Of a DNA stretch of 64,000 nt, positions 8,457-18,504 are shown in pieces (positions within the stretch are counted from its first letter, which is position 1; every line of letters begins with the position of its first letter). The DNA is from an uncultured Spirochaetaceae bacterium (lineage in GTDB: Bacteria; Spirochaetota; Spirochaetia; Sphaerochaetales; Sphaerochaetaceae). The notes under the pieces are model-generated. The model saw only the letters and a list, made by a program, of their open reading frames with translations. It did no database searches and had not been told where the DNA came from. The DNA lies in NCBI GenBank assembly GCA_964589355.1, contig CAZPTG010000001.1, positions 31-64,030 on the forward strand. Reading direction: 5' to 3'. Both the position numbers and the translations under genes were made by a program.

Positions 8457-8942
8457 CTATCTGTAGAGATATCCCCTACGTACCATATCATCAAGCTTGT
8501 CAATGATCTTATCAAGCTCACGATTGGTTACCAGTTCAGTCCCAATCTTGACAAAACCGTCGTGGAATGAGACGGTAGAACCATATTTGAGATCCATCTG
8601 GTATTTGTCTTTGTAATACTCTACCAGCTTCCTGCTGATTAAGTCCCAGTCCTTAATCAGATTCAATACGGGAGTATATCCTTTTTCGCACACGTAATCC
8701 ATGCGTTCGATCCATTCCATATCGTGGGTGCGGGAGGTACCAACGGTAAGTACATTACCGAATCCTGCCTGGTCAACACCCCGACGTATTTCTGGGCGAT
8801 CTTCACCAGAAATAGTAAGTCCGAGTTTCTTTACGTTACGTACTAAAGCTCGCTTATAATAGTCGAAAGTGCCTTCGTTTTCAGCAAAGTTGTTACTAAC
8901 GGGCTTAGTCATATCGACTACAAATGACAATTTTTTGTTCAT
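8457..8942 (-). CDS. hypothetical protein (161 aa), compositionally atypical (GC-rich)
   Basis: ORF on the coding strand. Stretches such as ggtgcgggaggtaccaacggtaag...cctgcctggtcaacaccccgacg are far more GC-rich than the flanking genes. Confidence 0.65.
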   Translation of the reverse strand: MNKKLSFVVDMTKPVSNNFAENEGTFDYYKRALVRNVKKLGLTISGEDRPEIRRGVDQAGFGNVLTVGTSRTHDMEWIERMDYVCEKGYTPVLNLIKDWDLISRKLVEYYKDKYQMDLKYGSTVSFHDGFVKIGTELVTNRELDKIIDKLDDMVRRGYLYR

Positions 8943-8998
8943 TGTCTCAAATTTAGAAATTCGACTAGTAATACTTCTGTTTTTTGATACAGTCAGTA

Positions 8999-9985
8999 TT
9001 ACGAATCTTTAAGGTTATAATCTTCAATCTTATTGTACTTTAAGTTATTCTTAAAAACTAAAATACTTGGGTTTCCTTCTCGCACTTTTAAAAAGTGCAT
9101 GTAAATGAGATCTTTGGTAGGCCAACCTTCAGGCCCATACGAGGAGATATTAAGCATTTCTGGCCTATGCAGCACTAAAAGATAATCTGATGCTTGAAAT
9201 ACAGAATCACCACCAAATATATCCCTACGCACCGGAAAATGCATAGTATTAACCATAATCCTTTCTTTAGCTTCTATCTCTCTGTTCATTTGAGACAACT
9301 GAATTATAGTATTTTGGTCATACTTCTTAATTTCCATGAACATATACTGTAATTCAGCTAATGTCTCCCTTTCTTTTTCACCTTGTTTACCTCTTGTTAA
9401 CAAGGTGTGATCGAGTAATATTATGAGCCACCTATCTTTAGCGACTCTATTGGAAAAATCAGTGATAGTCTCTCTAATCTGAGAGACCGTTCCAGGGGTA
9501 TCTACATAATATATAGGTAGATCTTTAATTTTTTTAGCTTCTTCAATAGCTTTGTGGTAGTCAAATTCTGATAGTTTGTGGTTGGACAAGCCGCTATAAA
9601 GCTCTTGTGTTGTTTTATCTAATTTGTATGACAGCTTCCTCCCCACTTGCTTTGAAGCTAACATCTCGAAATTGAAGGAAAGTACAACAAAGTTTTCATT
9701 GGGATTCTGGTCGAATAGGTCAGTTTCTAGACTGTTGGCAAATGCTGATTTACCACTTCCTGATATGCCTGCTATAGTGTAGATACTATTTGGCTCAATA
9801 CCTCCCATACACTGATCATTAAACTTTTTCCACTTAGTCTTTAACGAAGTAATATCCCCTTTCCGTCTTTTATCCATATACTGAATAATTTCCCTGGCGG
9901 GTAGGGCAATTTGTTTATAATGCAACACTCTATTTGAGTTGTTGGCCATACTCAGGTTTTTTATTACTTTTTTCCTGCTGTTCAT
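8999..9985 (-). CDS. DnaB-like replicative helicase (RecA-fold domain)
   Basis: 328 aa. Walker A is IAGISGSGKSAFANS and Walker B-like is WLIILLDHTLL, in a replication context. The start may be Met13 at 9949. Confidence 0.7.
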   Translation of the reverse strand: MNSRKKVIKNLSMANNSNRVLHYKQIALPAREIIQYMDKRRKGDITSLKTKWKKFNDQCMGGIEPNSIYTIAGISGSGKSAFANSLETDLFDQNPNENFVVLSFNFEMLASKQVGRKLSYKLDKTTQELYSGLSNHKLSEFDYHKAIEEAKKIKDLPIYYVDTPGTVSQIRETITDFSNRVAKDRWLIILLDHTLLTRGKQGEKERETLAELQYMFMEIKKYDQNTIIQLSQMNREIEAKERIMVNTMHFPVRRDIFGGDSVFQASDYLLVLHRPEMLNISSYGPEGWPTKDLIYMHFLKVREGNPSILVFKNNLKYNKIEDYNLKDS

Positions 9986-10493
9986 CTCTCATCCTCTCTT
10001 CAAATACTTTCCATTCTTCAGATGAGAGCCATTTAGGCAATTTTTTCATGTATTTCCACGAGTTTTCTTTTTCCCTAATTTCTTTTTCAAATCTTAGGGC
10101 TTTCAATATTTTCTCATGTCTTTTTCTAGAGCTATTTACCTTATTATAGTATATCTTTCTACTCCTTTTTACATCTGCTCTAAGATAATCTTTTACACCA
10201 TCAGGTCTTATAACCTTGACAGGGTATTCTTCATATATATCATCAAAATAGTCTCTTTCGTCAAATACAAATAGTAACTTATTTCTCACTGTGATATCAT
10301 CTAAGCTTATGCCTTCTTCTTCAGGAACTTTAATAAATCCCTTTTTCTCTAAGCTACGAAGAATATCATCCATTTGTATTAATTTACTTAATGCCCTAAA
10401 GTCCTTGTAGTTTTTATTCTGCACTGTGTGTGCTACTACGTATTCATTAGGGGTAAGTTTGTAATCTTTAAGTACTTCAATATCAATATTCAT
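9930..10493 (-). CDS. hypothetical protein (187 aa), possible helicase-associated DNA-binding protein
   Basis: ORF on the coding strand directly upstream of the helicase. Basic C-terminal half. No motif recognised. Confidence 0.5.
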   Translation of the reverse strand: MNIDIEVLKDYKLTPNEYVVAHTVQNKNYKDFRALSKLIQMDDILRSLEKKGFIKVPEEEGISLDDITVRNKLLFVFDERDYFDDIYEEYPVKVIRPDGVKDYLRADVKRSRKIYYNKVNSSRKRHEKILKALRFEKEIREKENSWKYMKKLPKWLSSEEWKVFEERMRDEQQEKSNKKPEYGQQLK

Positions 10494-10495
10494 AT

Positions 10496-10882
10496 CTACT
10501 TGTAGTGTTTAACACAAAAGACCTTACCTTCTCTTTCAAAATGTGAAAGCCTTTTATGCTTAGTACCTCTCTTTCTCACATATTCCTCTATAAATCGAGG
10601 AAGTGCATTTCTTTTAACTTTCTCTTGTTTAAGCAAGAGATTGTCATAGGAGCTGTTATAAGGTGTATGAATAGTAAGTAAGATTCTTCGTCTAAACAGT
10701 TCATCACAAGTCTTTAAATGTCTTGTAGAAGATAGTCTTTCAGGTGTTATCTTATCTACAGCATTGTTCAATGACTCATAGTCTTTATTATATTCCTTAG
10801 GTAGATTATCCCTTACTATATCCAATAACAATCTAGTTGCCCCTATTTCTGATACTGGTTCTGTTAGAGTCTGATTGTTCAT
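10496..10882 (-). CDS. hypothetical protein (128 aa)
   Basis: ORF on the coding strand, tightly packed. Confidence 0.55.
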   Translation of the reverse strand: MNNQTLTEPVSEIGATRLLLDIVRDNLPKEYNKDYESLNNAVDKITPERLSSTRHLKTCDELFRRRILLTIHTPYNSSYDNLLLKQEKVKRNALPRFIEEYVRKRGTKHKRLSHFEREGKVFCVKHYK

Positions 10883-11147
10883 TTCCTGCTAATTTTAATA
10901 CTAATTTGATACGTTTTGAATTTATCTTCTTTTTATCTACAAGCCACCTTACTGTAGACAAGCTTAAATCATATACAGGTCCATTGTGGGCATGCCACTC
11001 AAGAAATTCAAATTCACCTCCTTTTTTCTCTATAAGCAATACCTTATTTTTGTAGAACCATGTATACTTTTTATCATATATATCTACATAAGCATCAAAG
11101 TCCTCTTCCTTTATCTGCTTAGGTTTTAGATCGTCCAATTTTTCCAT
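10833..11147 (-). CDS. hypothetical protein (104 aa)
   Basis: ORF on the coding strand. Overlaps its neighbours at both ends. Confidence 0.5.
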   Translation of the reverse strand: MEKLDDLKPKQIKEEDFDAYVDIYDKKYTWFYKNKVLLIEKKGGEFEFLEWHAHNGPVYDLSLSTVRWLVDKKKINSKRIKLVLKLAGNEQSDSNRTSIRNRGN

Positions 11148-11544
11148 GCAATCTGAATTTATAATCTTTATTCTTCCTGAATATCCAGCCTTTGTCTACG
11201 TAGCTATTACACCTACAGATACTACCATCTTCATCAGCCCATTTTTCACCATTAAAGCCGTTATGCTCACATTCTTGACCTATAACCCCATTTACTTGTA
11301 ATGGGTAGTATAACGAATCTACATTCATAATAACACCATGGTGATGTTCACTGAAATTATGGCCACATTCACATATACCTGTATAATGCTTTTTATTAAA
11401 CCAATATAAAATGGGATATTTTATTCCATATTTAAATAGCTTAATTAAATTATTAGGTAAGAATATATACCATTCTTTTGATAAACTATGATAACTGATA
11501 GGCTTTGTAAATGTATTTTTATATCTAATTTTAATTTTATTCAT
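11119..11544 (-). CDS. Cys/His-rich hypothetical protein (141 aa)
   Basis: CECGHNFSEHHHG ... GQECEHNG ... CRCNSY suggests metal binding. Confidence 0.5.
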   Translation of the reverse strand: MNKIKIRYKNTFTKPISYHSLSKEWYIFLPNNLIKLFKYGIKYPILYWFNKKHYTGICECGHNFSEHHHGVIMNVDSLYYPLQVNGVIGQECEHNGFNGEKWADEDGSICRCNSYVDKGWIFRKNKDYKFRLHGKIGRSKT

Positions 11545-11556
11545 AATAAGTTTAAA

Positions 11557-13530
11557 TTAATGAGACCAATGATCTCCTATCTCTTGATCTACAGGAATAT
11601 CTAGATCTTCAGTGAGTAGATTAGCAGCTTTCTCCATAGCTTCCCTTTGTATCTTAGCGTAGAATTCAGCTTTACCTTCTACTACCTCTAAGCTACATTC
11701 ATCGTGTACCACACTAACCAACTTAGCTTCAGCACTAGACAGTGGTTTTACACCGTTCTCTAATAGTTTATCCCTAATATACACTAAAGCTTGTTTAGTC
11801 ATATCCCCTGCAGTACCCTGAACAGGTGTATTTTGTGACTTCCTACCAATAGATCCCTCTAGAGTCTTATACCTCTTATAATAATCTAAAGATCTATCAG
11901 ACTGATTAGCTCTTTCCTTATACACTAAATAATCTTCATATTCTTGAAACCACCTCCTACGCTTAGTGATCGTATTAGTGCGAATATAGCCGTTGTTTAG
12001 GCCGAAACGGGAGTTAGTATCAAAATACTCTTTGAGTTGCTTAAATCCTCTAAAAAAGGCGTTTATGAGCTCCTGAGCTTCCTCCACCGATATCTTCAAA
12101 CTCTTTGATAAAGAAAAGGCAGTACCACCATAAGATATAGAGAAGTTTAATTTCTTACCTTGTTGTCTATACTCCTTATTCTCATTGTACTTAGTTACTA
12201 TGAATTCTTTACCAAATTTAGCTGAAAACATCTTAGTTGCTACAAAACTGTGGGCGTCACCGCCCCCATTCTTAAAGAAATCTACATAAGCTTCATCTTT
12301 GGACTGATCAGCCATAATACGGCCCTCTTGAGTACTATAGTCTGCAGTAATTATCTTCCTACCTTTAGGGGCTTCAAAGCATTCCCTAAATAATTTAGAG
12401 CTAGGAATCTGTTGTAAATTAGGTTTGCTAGAACTAACTCTACCAGTCTCCACAATTTGAGTAAATTTAGTGTGTATCCTACCTTCCTTATCTGTAGAAT
12501 CTCTAGCAAAGTTTTCCCCAAAAGCATTTAAAGCCTTACTTTCTTGCCTATATTGTAATAGTTTATCAGTAATTTCATGGGTACTTGTTAAATATTCTAT
12601 AGCTTTAGTACTAGTAGAAGGTTTACCATGCTTATCTACAAGATATATGTCAAATACATTTGTTAATATTTCATATACCTGTTGGGGACTATCCCAATTA
12701 ACTACTGTGAACCTCTTATCTTCATACTGTTCATCGAATAAATCTTTTTGGTAATACTTTTTCTTATATGATTTATCCTTACTTATCAGTATTCTATCTA
12801 ATTTGTCAGTAGTTTCCTTAACTTTTCTACTATACTCCTTAGCTACTTTTCCCCACTTGTCCCTATTGAGATAAAAACCATTATACTCTATATCAGCTAA
12901 AGCCAAAGTAACTTTATTCTCTAACTTAGCACATTCTACCAAATCAAATTCATTTAGTAAATTTCTTTGAACCTTCATTATCTCTAATGGGTACTTAACA
13001 TCATTAGCTCCGTAGAGTACTTGAGAGTAGCTAAATGGTGTGCTGCCTATTGTTTTAAAAGTATCCCTAGTTTCTTTCTCAATGGCTTTATTAAAGTGAT
13101 GTTTGTACACACCTGCTAATGAGAATCTCTTGTTTTTCTTAATATAATCTTTAGAGTAATAGCCGTTATATATTACAATATCTGACAGCATAGTATCATA
13201 TACCCTACTTAATACTATATTGTGCTTCTTTAAGGAATTATAATCAAACTTTATATTATGGCCTACAAATACTTTACTACTATCCTCTAATATTTCCTTG
13301 AATTTACTTATATCATAATCCCTAGAATCTATAACATATTGGTTACCTTCTCTAGTACCTAACTGGAGCATTAATACTTTGTTAGTCAAGGTATCAAATC
13401 CATTAGTTTCTATATCTAGGGCAATTACTTTCTGTTCCTTTAAATCAGATATAACCTCTGATATTTTAGTACTGTAGTTAATATCACCATCTTTAAACAG
13501 TACTTTCTTCTTTGTTAGCAGATATATCAT
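11557..13530 (-). CDS. family A DNA polymerase with 3'-5' exonuclease domain
   Basis: 657 aa. Exo motifs are ALDIETNG and VGHNIKFD. Pol motif A is ITADYSTQEGRIMA, motif B is RQQGKKLNFSISYG and motif C is VSVVHDE. Confidence 0.95.
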   Translation of the reverse strand: MIYLLTKKKVLFKDGDINYSTKISEVISDLKEQKVIALDIETNGFDTLTNKVLMLQLGTREGNQYVIDSRDYDISKFKEILEDSSKVFVGHNIKFDYNSLKKHNIVLSRVYDTMLSDIVIYNGYYSKDYIKKNKRFSLAGVYKHHFNKAIEKETRDTFKTIGSTPFSYSQVLYGANDVKYPLEIMKVQRNLLNEFDLVECAKLENKVTLALADIEYNGFYLNRDKWGKVAKEYSRKVKETTDKLDRILISKDKSYKKKYYQKDLFDEQYEDKRFTVVNWDSPQQVYEILTNVFDIYLVDKHGKPSTSTKAIEYLTSTHEITDKLLQYRQESKALNAFGENFARDSTDKEGRIHTKFTQIVETGRVSSSKPNLQQIPSSKLFRECFEAPKGRKIITADYSTQEGRIMADQSKDEAYVDFFKNGGGDAHSFVATKMFSAKFGKEFIVTKYNENKEYRQQGKKLNFSISYGGTAFSLSKSLKISVEEAQELINAFFRGFKQLKEYFDTNSRFGLNNGYIRTNTITKRRRWFQEYEDYLVYKERANQSDRSLDYYKRYKTLEGSIGRKSQNTPVQGTAGDMTKQALVYIRDKLLENGVKPLSSAEAKLVSVVHDECSLEVVEGKAEFYAKIQREAMEKAANLLTEDLDIPVDQEIGDHWSH

Positions 13531-13945
13531 CGTACTTACTAGTTTGTAAAGTCATATTCATCCTTATGTTTAGTACAGTGTCATGTATGTAGCTCTTAGG
13601 AGCTCCTTCCAAGAATATAGAATGCACATCAAATGAGCATCTTTCAACAAACAGAGCTCTATCCTTTTCACTTGTTACATTGACTAGTACTATATCTTCT
13701 TCGTTCTTAAAATGTTTAATATAGTCTATGATATTATCTGCTATAGCTTCGTTATAACTTTGCCAAATTTTTTCTACTTCTTTAGCTAAGCCAAAGTTCT
13801 TTGACATCTTTAGCATCGTAGCGACTTCTTCTACCTTATCGATAGAAGCTAAATAGAGTACCCTACCTTCAGTATACTCCTCTTTCAATCTTTCATATAA
13901 ATCTTTACTTCTACTGTGAGTTTTATCAATTACACAAATTACCAT
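13493..13945 (-). CDS. hypothetical protein (150 aa)
   Basis: ORF on the coding strand upstream of the polymerase. Confidence 0.55.
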   Translation of the reverse strand: MVICVIDKTHSRSKDLYERLKEEYTEGRVLYLASIDKVEEVATMLKMSKNFGLAKEVEKIWQSYNEAIADNIIDYIKHFKNEEDIVLVNVTSEKDRALFVERCSFDVHSIFLEGAPKSYIHDTVLNIRMNMTLQTSKYDDISANKEESTV

Positions 13946-14128
13946 TTAGGTATAATCATTAAGATGACTAAGAGGAATCTTTACTTCCTCTTCTCTAGTC
14001 GTTATTCCTTCACCTCTACATGTAGGACAAGTATTTTTATGCCAACTATACCTTTTGTTGGTAATTTTTCCTTCACCCCCACATGTCTTACATTTGTTTG
14101 AAACTTTCCTATATGCTTTTATATACAT
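13946..14128 (-). CDS. DnaJ-type zinc-finger mini-protein (60 aa)
   Basis: Two CxxCxGxG repeats, CKTCGGEG and CPTCRGEG, as in the DnaJ cysteine-rich domain. Confidence 0.6.
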   Translation of the reverse strand: MYIKAYRKVSNKCKTCGGEGKITNKRYSWHKNTCPTCRGEGITTREEEVKIPLSHLNDYT

Positions 14129-15333
14129 TACGTATTTTGTTTCAATAAGTTTTTAGAGAATTGTAAAATACTTTTTGGGATTTTGTTAGATACTTCATTT
14201 AAATAGGACTTTGTATCTAAATAATCCCTAGTTACAGAAGTTAACATTTCATATAAGTCTGAATATGTAGTAATACTCTTACCTGTATCTAACTTAGAAA
14301 ATAACGTTGTTGTATCAGTATAATCTCCCATCAAGGAATTAATTCTCAAATAATTAATAATAAAAAGACTTAAATCAAATGCCTGTTCTTTATCTTCAAT
14401 ACTTTCATATATTGTCCTTAAGTCTTCTTTAAAAGTATCTGTTAAATTAATTGTAAGGTTGTAGTCATCTTTATTATCCTCTGACCCTTCTTCAGATGTT
14501 AATAGTACCTTTGATATGTTCTCTTGTTTATCAATCTTATTTATAGATTTATCAATTTCTTCTATATTTACTTTGTTTGCTTCTATACATTGTTCCCTAA
14601 GGAATTCCTCAGATAATGAGTACAAATCTAATATATGTTTAATATTTTTAGGGTCGTACATATCAGCTCTCTTAGGTACTTTATCACGTGCAATGTTCTT
14701 TAATATATCCTTGAACTTAGATCTGTACTTTTCTCCAACTTTCCCAACTGTTCTTTTTTCTTCAATTTTATTAGTATTATGTAGACAAGCTAAATATACT
14801 TCTATTTTCTTAAAAGTATTTATAATCTTATCAATACTGGATGTATCTAGTGAATCTTCTTTACCTACTAAGTTATGGATAACAACTGCAGGGCTTCTAT
14901 GATCATAGCAAGGAATAAGGATATTGTTGTTTAGCATATAGGGTGTTAATTCTCCTAAAAAATAGCTAAAAAAGGAAGAAGTTAAACTAGTGTCTTTATC
15001 ACCTTTGTCCATAATTATATTAGCTATTTGAGAAGCTTTATTCTCAGCTTCCTTAATTACTGTACCATCTGTACCTTCAAGCATCTTAACTAGTTTGATA
15101 GGATTTCTACTTAAAGTAGAGCCTATATCTACTCCTTCTAATAGAGGTTTTCCTGCAGCTAAATTCAATAATCCATAGTATTCTTTGCCTGCATCTATGA
15201 CACTTAGAGGTCTATTTACAACACTGTTAATCATGGAGATTATAGTATATTCTATCATTCTCCTATCATTAAACTGTATTTCTTTCCCAGTTCTATCGTG
15301 TAGTATTACCAACTTACTATTTTGTATGTTCAT
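14128..15333 (-). CDS. hypothetical protein (401 aa)
   Basis: Long ORF on the coding strand, start/stop-coupled to its neighbours. Confidence 0.65.
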   Translation of the reverse strand: MNIQNSKLVILHDRTGKEIQFNDRRMIEYTIISMINSVVNRPLSVIDAGKEYYGLLNLAAGKPLLEGVDIGSTLSRNPIKLVKMLEGTDGTVIKEAENKASQIANIIMDKGDKDTSLTSSFFSYFLGELTPYMLNNNILIPCYDHRSPAVVIHNLVGKEDSLDTSSIDKIINTFKKIEVYLACLHNTNKIEEKRTVGKVGEKYRSKFKDILKNIARDKVPKRADMYDPKNIKHILDLYSLSEEFLREQCIEANKVNIEEIDKSINKIDKQENISKVLLTSEEGSEDNKDDYNLTINLTDTFKEDLRTIYESIEDKEQAFDLSLFIINYLRINSLMGDYTDTTTLFSKLDTGKSITTYSDLYEMLTSVTRDYLDTKSYLNEVSNKIPKSILQFSKNLLKQNT

Positions 15334-15731
15334 TTTGTATTATTTAAAATATTTACAAGTTTTTTCATTTCTTTATCAATAGCAATGGTAGTAAATGAGT
15401 TAGATACCCTTAATAATCTTTCCAACCTTATAATTTCTTTTTCAATTTCTCTAATTCTATTTACTTTTCTCGTTTTTACTAAAATCTCTTTTAGGGATTT
15501 CAGTTCAGATAACTTATAGATATTCTCTGATATATTTTCTTGAATATTCTTCTCCCTTATTTTAACTTTTATCTTTACAAGAGAGTTAGAAATATATTCA
15601 TATTCATCTAACAGTTTATCTCTTTCCTCTTCATCCTTGGAACAAAGTAATTTTTTCCTTAATTTACCTAGTTCGCTGTTTAATTTTTTTTGAAAGTTGA
15701 TAGCTTCATTTAGATCTAGGGTAATCTCCAT
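15330..15731 (-). CDS. coiled-coil hypothetical protein (133 aa)
   Basis: ORF on the coding strand. K/E/L-rich heptad-like sequence. Confidence 0.55.
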   Translation of the reverse strand: MEITLDLNEAINFQKKLNSELGKLRKKLLCSKDEEERDKLLDEYEYISNSLVKIKVKIREKNIQENISENIYKLSELKSLKEILVKTRKVNRIREIEKEIIRLERLLRVSNSFTTIAIDKEMKKLVNILNNTK

Positions 15732-15749
15732 AATAAAAAGTTTTTAAGT

Positions 15750-15786
15750 AAAATACCCGTCCAACTTTTAAATTGAGCGGGTATTT
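15750..15786 (-). terminator. hairpin terminator after the transglycosylase gene
   Basis: The minus strand reads ATACCCG-18 nt-CGGGTAT followed by TTTTACTT. Confidence 0.55.
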
Positions 15787-15808
15787 TCTTATTAATAAAC
15801 AATATTTG

Positions 15809-16471
15809 TTACAATTTTAGTGCATACTTCTTAAAACTCTTTACTGTAATAGAACCATCCCTTCTTTCGCCAGAGATAGTTGGATTTTGTTTACTTACAA
15901 GACTTTTCTTAGAACTTATCACATAATCAGGGCTCTTGCCCAAAGCTCTGGGCCAGAATATAGCTAAGTATAAGTCTTCATAGGATCTTATAAGATGAGA
16001 CTTTCCTATAGCACTGAGGTATTTATCTACGTAATGAAGCTGCTCATAAATATTCATAGAGAGTAGTTCTTTAGTAGATGTGCCTAGTGCCCTAGCTGTA
16101 CTAGGCATAAATTGAATAATGCCAGTAGCATTTGATATTTCATTCTGCTTAGTAGGATCGGCACCACTTTCTTTAACCATGACATAAACAATCCAAGAAG
16201 GTTTAATACCATGTGTGGATGCTATCCTATTTAACCTGTTTGTAACAGAATCATTGAATAAATGAGTTTTGCCTTTTAACGCTATTTTAAGCGCTTTGAC
16301 CATTTCTGTATCCTTGTTACTTAGGTTTAGTTGCTCTTTAGCTACTAATCTTTCATAAGTAGCCATAGATTTTTCTTTGTCTATCGGTATAGAAGAGCCC
16401 TTGTTTAGCTTTGGACTACATAGCAAAAACATAGTAATCACAGAAGCTATGATTATAAAAAACTTATTCAT
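15809..16471 (-). CDS. lytic transglycosylase (SLT domain) with N-terminal membrane anchor
   Basis: 220 aa. Has an N-terminal hydrophobic segment, and VMVKESGADP...ATGIIQFMPSTA matches the SLT catalytic Glu-Ser and GLMQ-like motifs. Confidence 0.75.
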   Translation of the reverse strand: MNKFFIIIASVITMFLLCSPKLNKGSSIPIDKEKSMATYERLVAKEQLNLSNKDTEMVKALKIALKGKTHLFNDSVTNRLNRIASTHGIKPSWIVYVMVKESGADPTKQNEISNATGIIQFMPSTARALGTSTKELLSMNIYEQLHYVDKYLSAIGKSHLIRSYEDLYLAIFWPRALGKSPDYVISSKKSLVSKQNPTISGERRDGSITVKSFKKYALKL

Positions 16472-16585
16472 AAATAGTAGTTTAGTTAAACATAGGGCAA
16501 GTTAACTTAACTCGCCCTTTACTTATAACTTATGAGGCCTTTTACGTTATAAACTATAAAAGGTTTAGGTAAGGGCTTTAGTATA

Positions 16586-17614
16586 CTATGGCATCATGTT
16601 AAGTATACTTTCAACTTCAAGTTTACTGCTTTCACCCATGTTAACAGCATCTCTAGCCCTTTTACTCATAAGTATCGAACTATTGTTCACTTTTTCTTCT
16701 TCATCAATGATATTTTTTATAGCTGATCTTGCCGTAGCTTGGGGATTGTAATTATTACTAATCCTTATAAACTTATGATATACATAATCAGCTATAGCTG
16801 GCGGGTGCATATTTAAGAGGTACACAATACCAGCCATATAAAGAGGAGCAAAGGATTGGTTCCCATAAGCAAAAGTACTTAGCTTTTTAGGGATTTCGTT
16901 TACTATCAACTCAAATATAGGTACTTTGGTAGCTTCGTTGGGAGCTAATAAGCTAACTAACGAGCTCTTTCTAAATTGAGAGAAAACAAGATTATTACCC
17001 TCAATGTATATGTACTTATAGTCGAATAATACCTTTGCTACCCTTTCAACTTTCTTTTTCTGTTCCTTTGAAAATTCACATTTCTTCATAGTATTTAGTT
17101 GATTGTCAGGTTTATTAGCAGTTTTATTTATAGCTGCTCTGGTAGGTCCTCTTATAGAGTAACCTAAATATTCCGGTACTTGGATTAGTGGTTTGTAGAC
17201 GTTTATAGCGCCTTTGTAACTTTCTGTAAGAGTCTTATAGAAAAATTGAGTCTTGCTATTCCCTGCATATATAACCAGGGTTTCCTTCCTGTAAATGAGC
17301 AGGTTAGAAACGGTTATACTATTATTAGAAGGAATAGATTTTCCTATAAAGCTCTCGACTGATTCCCGTCTGTAGTTAGTATTATCTACCTCTACTTCTT
17401 CTATACACTCTGTACTTTTAGCTAATTCTAAAGCTCTATTGAAATAGATTATTTTTAGAATTTTAGCATCTAATGACTCTTGTCCCTGAATATTTTCAGC
17501 GGATTCAAGTTTATCATTATTATTTTTATAAAAGCTGTATAGAGTGTAAAAAGAGGCACAAGACATAACAATCATTACAAATAGGATAGTCTTAATTACC
17601 TTTGAAATCTTCAT
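16586..17614 (-). CDS. membrane-anchored hypothetical protein (342 aa)
   Basis: The N-terminal TM segment is VIKTILFVMIVMSCASFYTLY. No catalytic motif recognised. Confidence 0.6.
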   Translation of the reverse strand: MKISKVIKTILFVMIVMSCASFYTLYSFYKNNNDKLESAENIQGQESLDAKILKIIYFNRALELAKSTECIEEVEVDNTNYRRESVESFIGKSIPSNNSITVSNLLIYRKETLVIYAGNSKTQFFYKTLTESYKGAINVYKPLIQVPEYLGYSIRGPTRAAINKTANKPDNQLNTMKKCEFSKEQKKKVERVAKVLFDYKYIYIEGNNLVFSQFRKSSLVSLLAPNEATKVPIFELIVNEIPKKLSTFAYGNQSFAPLYMAGIVYLLNMHPPAIADYVYHKFIRISNNYNPQATARSAIKNIIDEEEKVNNSSILMSKRARDAVNMGESSKLEVESILNMMP

Positions 17615-17622
17615 AGTGGTTG

Positions 17623-18009
17623 CTAGAGTTTTAGTTCTTGTTTAACTTTATCTTTAATAGATTTCTCATACTGAACTTTAATTTTAATCTCATCAAGGGT
17701 TTTTAATAAATCATCCAGTTCACTTACTTCTATGCCGTACATATCACACTTATCTATAAACTTCTTCAATCTGTGATGTTCCAACTTCTTTTGGACATAG
17801 AGTTTAAGGTGTTTACAGTATGAACATTGGCACCCTCCTCTTATTAATTGATTGTTGCTCTTACCATCATGAACTACAGGATCAAACTTATACTTTATTT
17901 GCCTGTTGCGCCAGATGTGTACTAGAGACATTACCTCATCATTTCTTGATGAAGCTATCTCATCTATTTCTCTTTGTATGCTGGTTGGAAGCTTTAATTT
18001 GTCTTCCAT
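17623..18009 (-). CDS. hypothetical protein (128 aa)
   Basis: ORF on the coding strand. Contains CQCSYC. Confidence 0.55.
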   Translation of the reverse strand: MEDKLKLPTSIQREIDEIASSRNDEVMSLVHIWRNRQIKYKFDPVVHDGKSNNQLIRGGCQCSYCKHLKLYVQKKLEHHRLKKFIDKCDMYGIEVSELDDLLKTLDEIKIKVQYEKSIKDKVKQELKL

Positions 18010-18017
18010 ACGCCTTA

Positions 18018-18473
18018 TTATTTGTACTGATTAAAATACTTGTCCAGCAATTCATAGTTGCCATCTTTTCTGACAGTCTCAATAGCCTTTTTAAGAGATT
18101 CAAATCTCTCTAGAGTCTTGGTCTTCTTTTTCCAGGCTTCAGCAGAATAACGTTTAGGTTTTACTTCCTTGTCATCCTCGTTGTATTCTGGATCAAGATC
18201 CGGCCCTATTTCTTTGACCATATTAACCACCTTTGGGTACTCCGTATAAAGGGCATTCATTAAAACATCTGCCCTTCTTTGTAACTCTTTTTCAGCCAAT
18301 TTACCTTTGACTGTTTCATAAGGTTCAGTCTTTCTATTACTGATGATACTGCTTACTTCTTTGTTAACATCAGTTTCTAAACCCTTGATTTCCTTACCGC
18401 TCTTAGTTTTGATAGGATCAGTAAGAGAATTACCTTTATTCTGTTGCTGTTTTTCCTGATTATTTTTACCCAT
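18018..18473 (-). CDS. hypothetical protein (151 aa)
   Basis: ORF on the coding strand. Lys/Glu-rich. Confidence 0.55.
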   Translation of the reverse strand: MGKNNQEKQQQNKGNSLTDPIKTKSGKEIKGLETDVNKEVSSIISNRKTEPYETVKGKLAEKELQRRADVLMNALYTEYPKVVNMVKEIGPDLDPEYNEDDKEVKPKRYSAEAWKKKTKTLERFESLKKAIETVRKDGNYELLDKYFNQYK

Positions 18474-18504
18474 TGGTTAGCTTTTTAGTTTTTAGAGTTT
18501 AACA

